Of a DNA stretch of 64,000 nt, positions 58,051-64,000 are shown in pieces (positions within the stretch are counted from its first letter, which is position 1; each line of letters starts with the position of its first letter). Below the pieces are notes generated by a model. It had not been told where the DNA came from. It ran no database searches and saw only the letters and a program-made list of their open reading frames with translations. The stretch is from Betaproteobacteria bacterium RIFCSPLOWO2_12_FULL_68_20 (GTDB lineage: Bacteria; Pseudomonadota; Gammaproteobacteria; Burkholderiales; SG8-39). Made by a program: the position numbers and the translations under genes. Where the stretch lies: assembly GCA_001770655.1 (NCBI GenBank), contig MERQ01000025.1:5753-69752 (forward strand), in the 5' to 3' direction.

Positions 58051-58551
58051 ATGAGCCAGGGCGTCATGGTGCGGCGCAACGTCCACATCGACCTGCGCGT
58101 GAACGGCGAGACGCAGGAGGCTTCGTTCGCGCCCTACAAGACGCTGCTCGAGGTGCTGCGCGAGGACCTCGGCCTCACCGGCACCAAGCACGGCTGCGAG
58201 CTGGGCGAATGCGGCGCCTGCGCGGTGCTGGTGGACGGCGAGCCGCAGCTCTCGTGCCTGGTGCTCGCGGTGGAATGCGAAGGGCGCTCGATCGAGACGG
58301 TTGAAGGGATGGCGAAAGGCGCCGAGCTTCACCCCTTGCAGGCCGCGTTTGCCGACCTCGGCGCGGCCCAGTGCGGCTACTGCACTCCGGGGATCCTGAT
58401 GACCGCGAAGGCGCTACTTGAGCGCGAGCCCAGCCCCACGCGCGACCGGATCCGGGAGGCGATCTCGGGCAACCTGTGCCGCTGCACCGGGTACCAGCAG
58501 ATTTACGAGGCCGTCGAAGAGGCTGCGCGGCGTATGAAGGAGTCCGCATGA
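58051..58551 (+). CDS. hcrC: [2Fe-2S] small subunit of a xanthine-dehydrogenase-family enzyme, HcrC-like
   Basis: GCELGECGACAV and CGYCTPG...CRCTGY cluster motifs. Gene order small-large-FAD as in hcrCAB. Start is 58051 or 58066. Confidence 0.75.
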   Translation: MSQGVMVRRNVHIDLRVNGETQEASFAPYKTLLEVLREDLGLTGTKHGCELGECGACAVLVDGEPQLSCLVLAVECEGRSIETVEGMAKGAELHPLQAAFADLGAAQCGYCTPGILMTAKALLEREPSPTRDRIREAISGNLCRCTGYQQIYEAVEEAARRMKESA

Positions 58552-60977
58552 AGGTCATCGGGAAACCGCGCCGACGGGTGGACGGCTGGGCGAAGGTCAC
58601 CGGCCGAACCCGCTTCGCCGACGACATCGTGCTGCCGCGCATGCTGCACATGAAGCTCCTGCGCTCGCCGCTGCCGCACGCGGAGATCGAGGCGATCGAC
58701 GTGTCGCGCGCGGAGAAGCTCGCCGGAGTCCAGCTCGTCCTCACGGGGAAGGACTTTCCCGTCACGTTCGGCATCATGCCGGTATCGCAGGACGAGTATC
58801 CGCTCGCGAGCGACCGCGTGCGCTTCGTCGGCGACCCTGTCGCCGCGGTGATCGCGCGCGACGAGCAGACCTGCACCGAGGCGCTGGACCTGATCGAGGT
58901 GAAGTACCGGCCGCTCAAGACGATCGCGACGCCCGAGGAGGCGCTCGCCACGACCGAGCCGCGCATCCACGAGTACGGCCCGCACGGGAACATCCACCGC
59001 CTCCAGGCCCACGAGTTCGGCGACGTCGAGGAGGCGCTCGGCAGCTCGGACTACGTGTTCGAGGACGTCTTCTTCTACGAGGGCAACACCCACCTCGCGA
59101 TCGAGCAGCAAGCCGCGGTCGCCGCGCTCGAGGACGCGGGCGGCCTCGTCCTGTACTCGAGCACCCAGAACCCGCATTACCTGCACCGGGAGCTCGCGCG
59201 CGTGCTGCAGATGCCCGCCTCGCGGATCCGGGTCGTTGCGACGCCGAACGGCGGCGGCTTCGGCGGCAGGTGCGACCCCGCCAACCACGAGATGGTGGTG
59301 GCGAAGGCGGCGCTCGCGCTCGGCCGGCCGGTGAAGATCTGCCTCTCGCGCGAGGAGGTCTTCTACGTGCACCGCGGGCGGCATCCGGTGCTGATGAAGT
59401 TCCGCACCGGCGTCACGAAGGACGGGCGCCTCACCGGGATCCACCTGCAGACCCTGCTCGACGGCGGCGCGTACGGCTCGCACGGTGCGGCGAGCACTTT
59501 CTACACGGGTGTGCTTACGCCCACCACCTACGAGCTGCCGCGCTTCAAGTTCGAGGCCTGCCGCACGTTCACCAACAAGCCGCCCTGCGGTCCCAAGCGC
59601 GGACACGGCACTCCGCAGCCGCGCTTCGGCCAGGAGGTGCAGCTCGACAAGATCGCCGAGAAACTCGGGCTCGATCCGGCCGAGATGCGCCTGCGCATCG
59701 CGGTCAAGCCGAACTCGCTCACGGCCAACTGGCTCAGGATAGGCTCCGCCGGCCTTGCCGAGTGCATCCGTCAGGTGGTCGAGCGTTCGGGCTGGAAGGA
59801 GAAGTTCCGCAAGCTGCCCGAGGGCCGCGGCGTCGGGCTCGCCTGCAGCGCGTACATGTGCGGCGCGGGATTGCCGATCTACTGGAACAAGATGCCGCAC
59901 TCGGGCGTGCAGCTGCTCGCCGACCGCAGCGGCCAGGTCACGGCGCTTTGCGGCGCGACCGAGATCGGGCAGGGATCGGACGACGTGCTCGCAGCGATGG
60001 TGGCCGAGGTCCTCGGCATCGGCGCCGAGGACGTGCGCGTGCTCACCGGCGACACCGGCCTGACTCCCGTGGACCTCGGCTCCTACTCCAGCCGCGTCAC
60101 GGTGATGATGGGCAACGCCGCGATCCAGGCCGCCGAGGCGCTGAAGGCAAGGATCGCAGAAGCAGCCTCCGAGCAGTTCCAGGTCGCGCCGAACCGGCTC
60201 GAGTTCGCAAACGGCCGCGTGTTCCTCGCTGCCGATGCGTCGAAAGGGATGGCTTTTCGCGAGGCGATCGAGCTCGCCGAGGCGAAGTTCGGCACGCTGG
60301 GCTCGGTCGGCTCGTACCGGCCGCCGGACCCGCCCGGCCGGTACAAGGGGGCGGGCGCCGGCCCGTCGCCCGCGTACTCCTACACGGCCTGCGTGGTCGA
60401 GGTCGAGGTGGACAGGGCGACCGGCTGGATCGCAGTGCCGAAGATCTGGATCGCGCACGACATCGGCCGCGTCATCAACCCGGTGCTCGCGCGCGGCCAG
60501 GTGGTCGGCAGCGTCTACATGGGGCTTGCCGAGGCGCTGATGGAGGAGCAGGTGTTCCGGCGCCTCCCGCCGAAGCTTTCCAACGCCCTCGTTCACAAGT
60601 TCCCGTCGCTGCTCGAGTACAAGAGCCCGACCTCGCTCGACATGCCCGAGGTGGAGACAGTCTTCGTCGAGGATCCCGATCCGAATTGCCCGTTCGGCGC
60701 GAAGGAAGTGGGGCAGGGGCCGCTGCTGCCCGTGCCGCCGGCGCTCGCGAACGCGATCTACGACGCGGTGGGAGTAAGGATCGACGAGCTGCCGATCACG
60801 CCCGACAAGGTGCTGCGCGCGCTGGAAAAGAAGGCGAAGGGCGAAGAACCGCGTGTCGGGCCCGAGCATTTCCCCGCTGTGCCCTATCCCGAGCCCGTCG
60901 TCGTGCCCCCGCCCTGGGAAGGCGGCGACGGCAATGCGGTGAAGGGCGCCGGGCCGAAGGTGAAGGTGCCGGCATGA
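58548..60977 (+). CDS. hcrA: Molybdopterin large subunit, 4-hydroxybenzoyl-CoA reductase alpha (HcrA)-like
   Basis: 809 aa MKVIGKPRRRVDGWAKVTGRTRFADDI..., GGGFGG, GQGSDDVLA. ATGA overlaps with both neighbours. Confidence 0.8.
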   Translation: MKVIGKPRRRVDGWAKVTGRTRFADDIVLPRMLHMKLLRSPLPHAEIEAIDVSRAEKLAGVQLVLTGKDFPVTFGIMPVSQDEYPLASDRVRFVGDPVAAVIARDEQTCTEALDLIEVKYRPLKTIATPEEALATTEPRIHEYGPHGNIHRLQAHEFGDVEEALGSSDYVFEDVFFYEGNTHLAIEQQAAVAALEDAGGLVLYSSTQNPHYLHRELARVLQMPASRIRVVATPNGGGFGGRCDPANHEMVVAKAALALGRPVKICLSREEVFYVHRGRHPVLMKFRTGVTKDGRLTGIHLQTLLDGGAYGSHGAASTFYTGVLTPTTYELPRFKFEACRTFTNKPPCGPKRGHGTPQPRFGQEVQLDKIAEKLGLDPAEMRLRIAVKPNSLTANWLRIGSAGLAECIRQVVERSGWKEKFRKLPEGRGVGLACSAYMCGAGLPIYWNKMPHSGVQLLADRSGQVTALCGATEIGQGSDDVLAAMVAEVLGIGAEDVRVLTGDTGLTPVDLGSYSSRVTVMMGNAAIQAAEALKARIAEAASEQFQVAPNRLEFANGRVFLAADASKGMAFREAIELAEAKFGTLGSVGSYRPPDPPGRYKGAGAGPSPAYSYTACVVEVEVDRATGWIAVPKIWIAHDIGRVINPVLARGQVVGSVYMGLAEALMEEQVFRRLPPKLSNALVHKFPSLLEYKSPTSLDMPEVETVFVEDPDPNCPFGAKEVGQGPLLPVPPALANAIYDAVGVRIDELPITPDKVLRALEKKAKGEEPRVGPEHFPAVPYPEPVVVPPPWEGGDGNAVKGAGPKVKVPA

Positions 60978-61993
60978 TGCGGCTGCCGTGGTTCGAGTTC
61001 CGGGCGCCTTCGAGCGTCGCGGAAGCGGCGCGCATTCTCGCCGCGGAAGGACCGGACGCGATGCCGATCGCCGGCGGCACGGACCTGCTGCCGAACATGA
61101 AGCGCCGGCACCAGACGCCGCGCACGCTGGTATCGCTCCGACGCATCGAGAGCCTGAAGAAGGTATCGAATGGTGCTGGATTGACGCTCGGTGCCGGGCT
61201 GACGCTCACCGAGGTCATCCACGAGCCGAAAGCGCAGCCGTACGGCGCCTTGCGCCAGGCGGCTGCCCAGGTGGCCACCGTGCACCTGAGGAACATGGGC
61301 ACGCTGGGAGGCAATCTCTGCCTGGACACGCGCTGCACCTACTACAACCAGAACTACGAATGGCGCAAGGCGATCGATTTCTGCCTGAAGAAGGACGGCG
61401 GGATCTGCTGGGTGGCGACCGCCAGCAAGCGCTGCGTGGCGATGTCCTCCACCGACTGCGCGCCGGCGCTGATCGCGATCGGGGCGAAGGCGAAGTTGGT
61501 CTCGGCGACCGATGAGAGGGAACTCGCGCTCGAGAGTCTCTACAACAATGACGGGATCGAGTACCTGAAGCGCAGGCCCGACGAGATTCTCACCGAGATC
61601 CGGCTACCGCCGGCTGCGGGGTGGAGGAGCACCTACTGGAAGCTGCGCCGGCGCGGCGCGTTCGATTTCCCCGTGCTCGGCGTCGCCGCCGCGGCGAGAT
61701 TCGCAAAGGACGGCACGGTCGAGGAGGCGCGCATCGCGCTCGGCGCAGTCGCCTCGCGGCCGTTCCTGGTGCCTAAGGCGGCGGAAGCTCTTGTCGGGAA
61801 GAAGCTGACTGACGACGTGATCGCCGAAGCCGCGACGCTTGCCGCCTCGCGTGCCAAGCCGATGGACAACGCCGACCTCGACTTGTACTGGAGGAAGCAG
61901 GTCGCTGCGGATTTCGTCGGCTATGCGCTGCGCGAGCTGCGCGGCGACGACATGCGCGGAACGCGCCTGCGGATCGCGAGACAGATCCTCTAG
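60974..61993 (+). CDS. hcrB: FAD-binding subunit with extra Cys-rich loop, 4-hydroxybenzoyl-CoA reductase beta (HcrB)-like
   Basis: 339 aa. AGGTDLLP FAD motif. Insertion CTYYNQNYEWRKAIDFCLKKDGGICWVATASKRC (C121-x15-C137-x7-C145-x8-C154) as expected for the HcrB [4Fe-4S] loop. Confidence 0.8.
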   Translation: MMRLPWFEFRAPSSVAEAARILAAEGPDAMPIAGGTDLLPNMKRRHQTPRTLVSLRRIESLKKVSNGAGLTLGAGLTLTEVIHEPKAQPYGALRQAAAQVATVHLRNMGTLGGNLCLDTRCTYYNQNYEWRKAIDFCLKKDGGICWVATASKRCVAMSSTDCAPALIAIGAKAKLVSATDERELALESLYNNDGIEYLKRRPDEILTEIRLPPAAGWRSTYWKLRRRGAFDFPVLGVAAAARFAKDGTVEEARIALGAVASRPFLVPKAAEALVGKKLTDDVIAEAATLAASRAKPMDNADLDLYWRKQVAADFVGYALRELRGDDMRGTRLRIARQIL

Positions 61994-62031
61994 TCCGGTA
62001 CCGGCGCAACTCGCGGGAGTAAACTTCCGCC

Positions 62032-63003
62032 ATGCGCGAGGCAGGCCGTGCTGCGCGGGTGTTGATGCGCCAGACGCTCGACGGAAACCGTCGTGCGCTG
62101 GCGCAACTGATCAGCCTGGTCGAGTCGAACCCGTCGAGCGCGGCCGAACTGACGGCCGAGCTGCACGCGCGCGGCGGACGCGCCGCGATCGTCGGCGTGA
62201 CCGGTGCGCCGGGGACCGGGAAAAGCACCTTGGTCAACGAGCTGTGCAAATCGTTCCGGCGCGACGGTTGTCGGGTGGGCGTGATCGCCGTGGACCCCAG
62301 CTCGCCGTTCAGCGGAGGTGCGCTCCTGGGCGACCGCATACGCATGCGCGACCTGGCCGGCGACGACGGCGTGTTCATCCGCTCGATGGCGACGCGCGGC
62401 AACCTCGGCGGCCTCGCACGCGCCACCGCCGACGCGGTGCGCGTCCTGGATGCCGCCGGGTTCGAAATGGTGGTGATCGAGACGGTCGGAGTGGGCCAGG
62501 GAGAGTTGGAGATCGCCCGCCGCGCCGATACGGTTCTGGTGGTGGAGGCGCCCGGCCTGGGTGACGAGGTGCAGGCCATGAAGGCGGGCATCCTCGAAAT
62601 CGCGGACATCCTGGTGGTCAACAAGGCCGACCGGGAAGGGGCGGACGACACGGTCCGTGCCCTGCGGGCGATGGTGAATTTGGGCTCGCCTCTGGCCGGC
62701 GATCGGACCGACGCCTGGCGAGCGCCGGTCCTGAAGACGGTGGCGGTGAAAGGCACGGGCGTGGCCGACGTGGCAGAGTCGATCGCGCGACACCGCGGCT
62801 ACCTGGAGCGCAGCGGGACAGGCACCACGCGCCGGCGCCTGCGCGCAGCCGACGAGCTGGAAACGATCTTGCGCGACCTGCTGCTCGAGCGCGGGATGCA
62901 GCGGATCAGCCGTGTCGAGTTGGACACCCTGGTGGAGCGGGTCGCCGCCCGCGAGATCGATCCCTACGCCGCGGCGTGCCGGCTGCTCGGGGCGCCTATC
63001 TGA
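62032..63003 (+). CDS. meaB: Methylmalonyl-CoA-mutase-associated G-protein chaperone MeaB/ArgK
   Basis: 323 aa. GVTGAPGTGKST P-loop, IAVDPSSPFSGGALLGDRIRM, ETVGVGQ, VVNKAD. Confidence 0.85.
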   Translation: MREAGRAARVLMRQTLDGNRRALAQLISLVESNPSSAAELTAELHARGGRAAIVGVTGAPGTGKSTLVNELCKSFRRDGCRVGVIAVDPSSPFSGGALLGDRIRMRDLAGDDGVFIRSMATRGNLGGLARATADAVRVLDAAGFEMVVIETVGVGQGELEIARRADTVLVVEAPGLGDEVQAMKAGILEIADILVVNKADREGADDTVRALRAMVNLGSPLAGDRTDAWRAPVLKTVAVKGTGVADVAESIARHRGYLERSGTGTTRRRLRAADELETILRDLLLERGMQRISRVELDTLVERVAAREIDPYAAACRLLGAPI

Positions 63004-63451
63004 CGCGCCCCGGCTGATCCCGCGCGGGCTGCTCGCCGTCGGCAGCCTTCGCGCGCCGCGCGTTCGCCGCCAGGTACTCGATGATGGCGTCGCCAGAGGT
63101 TCCGGGCGGAAAGACCTTGGCCACGCCGTTGGCCGCGAGATCGGCGATCTGCTTCGGAGGGATGTTTCCGCCGCAGACGACCGGAACGTCCGTCAGCCCG
63201 CGCTTCTTGACGAGGTCCAGGAGTTCTTCGATCAGGGAGAAATTGGACGCGTGGCAGCTGATGCCGATCACGTCCACATCCTCGTCGATCGCGGCGTTGA
63301 CGATCATGGCCGGAGTCTGGTTGATCCCCAGATAGACCACCTCGAAGCCGGCATCGCGCAACAGGGACGACACCACCTTCGCGCCCGTGGTGTGGCTGTC
63401 GAGGCCGATCATCGAGACGAGCACCTTGATTCCCATGCCCTTGCCTGCCAT
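62996..63451 (-). CDS. Cobalamin-binding small subunit of an acyl-CoA mutase
   Basis: 151 aa. GLDSHTTGAKVV (DxHxxG B12 motif), GISCHAS, VVCGGNIP. Confidence 0.8.
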   Translation of the reverse strand: MAGKGMGIKVLVSMIGLDSHTTGAKVVSSLLRDAGFEVVYLGINQTPAMIVNAAIDEDVDVIGISCHASNFSLIEELLDLVKKRGLTDVPVVCGGNIPPKQIADLAANGVAKVFPPGTSGDAIIEYLAANARRAKAADGEQPARDQPGRVR

Positions 63452-63482
63452 TGCGTTCTCCCGCGCGCTGGCGTTTCCGCCG

Positions 63483-64000
63483 TCAGCCCAGGCCGTAAGG
63501 GCATTCGATCGTGCCGAAGGGGTCGTAGTGCAGGCCGCGCGCCATGCGGATGACTCCGACGATCTCGCCGGCCGTGGCGTAGACCTTGACCGCGTCGATG
63601 ATCGCCGGCATCAGGTTGAAGCGGTCGCCCTTCCTCGCGTCGGCATGCAGCCGTTGCAGGCTCGCCTTGATCGGCGCCAGGTCGCGGTTTCTCTTCCATT
63701 GCGCCATGCGCCTGGCGATGGCCTCGGAATCGCCCGCGCCGCTCTCCTGGACCGGAATTTCAAACATCTCCTCCTCCGGGGGCACGGCCAGGTGATTGAC
63801 TCCGACGATCAGCCGTTCCCCGTTGCGCACTTCCCGGAATTTGATGCTGGACTCTTCCTCCATCATGGCCTCGATGCGGTCCTTTTCGATCGCGGCGACG
63901 AGCCCGCCCAGCGCGTCGATCTCCTCCAGGATGCGGTAGGCTGCCTCTTCCACCTCGTTGGTGAGGCGCTCGACGAAGAACGAGCCGGCGAGAGGATCGA
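63483..64000 (-). CDS. Acyl-CoA mutase large (substrate-binding) subunit, C-terminal part (gene continues past the right edge)
   Basis: Frame open to the window end. DPLAGSFFVERLTNEVEEAAYRILEEIDALGG... is typical of the methylmalonyl-CoA mutase family. Confidence 0.8.
   Translation of the reverse strand, partial: DPLAGSFFVERLTNEVEEAAYRILEEIDALGGLVAAIEKDRIEAMMEEESSIKFREVRNGERLIVGVNHLAVPPEEEMFEIPVQESGAGDSEAIARRMAQWKRNRDLAPIKASLQRLHADARKGDRFNLMPAIIDAVKVYATAGEIVGVIRMARGLHYDPFGTIECPYGLG

Noticed and set aside
58503-61993. 788-aa minus ORF (58503..60869) and 907-aa plus ORF (59270..61993)
   Set aside because: They overlap hcrA in the wrong frame or strand. Only the final 339 codons of the + ORF (hcrB, from 60974) carry FAD-subunit motifs.

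Overview
High-GC (about 65-70% by eye) proteobacterial chromosomal segment. It looks most like a betaproteobacterium: four Bug/TTT-type periplasmic binding proteins and a suhB / trmJ-cysE-iscRSUA-hscBA-fdx-iscX layout. I call about 70 protein genes and found no rRNA, tRNA or CRISPR array.

- 0-27 kb, mostly housekeeping: mutS 5' end, a PIN/UPF0175 toxin-antitoxin pair, a tightly coupled extradiol ring-cleavage operon, the complete ISC Fe-S operon with two IscR-like boxes, msrA, a yciB-bolA-ppiC-macro chain, a REC-PAS-GGDEF(degenerate)-EAL protein, and metR/metE with a MetR box.
- 27.3-29.5 kb, a decayed mobile-DNA islet: boxB 3' relic, TraR/DksA relic, vapBC, and a UbiT-like SCP2 fragment butted against a 5'-truncated IS91-family transposase.
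- 31.5-62 kb, an aromatic-CoA catabolic supercluster: boxR-boxC-boxB with no boxA and a divergent flavodoxin sharing a palindromic operator; an aryl-CoA ligase operon ending in an unknown protein translationally coupled to a sirtuin; a boxD-like aldehyde dehydrogenase; and an hcrCAB-like 4-hydroxybenzoyl-CoA reductase. meaB and a split B12 acyl-CoA mutase follow.
- 47.2-54.4 kb interrupts that supercluster with a ~7 kb cation-homeostasis module: usp, terC, a yybP-ykoY Mn2+ riboswitch, a CaCA exchanger, a P-type ATPase with one in-frame TGA, and AT-rich ORF-less DNA. It is bounded by ~0.77 kb direct repeats and by truncated host genes.

All family calls come from motif recognition by eye, not database searches. 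Start codons are best guesses, and identity values are visual estimates.
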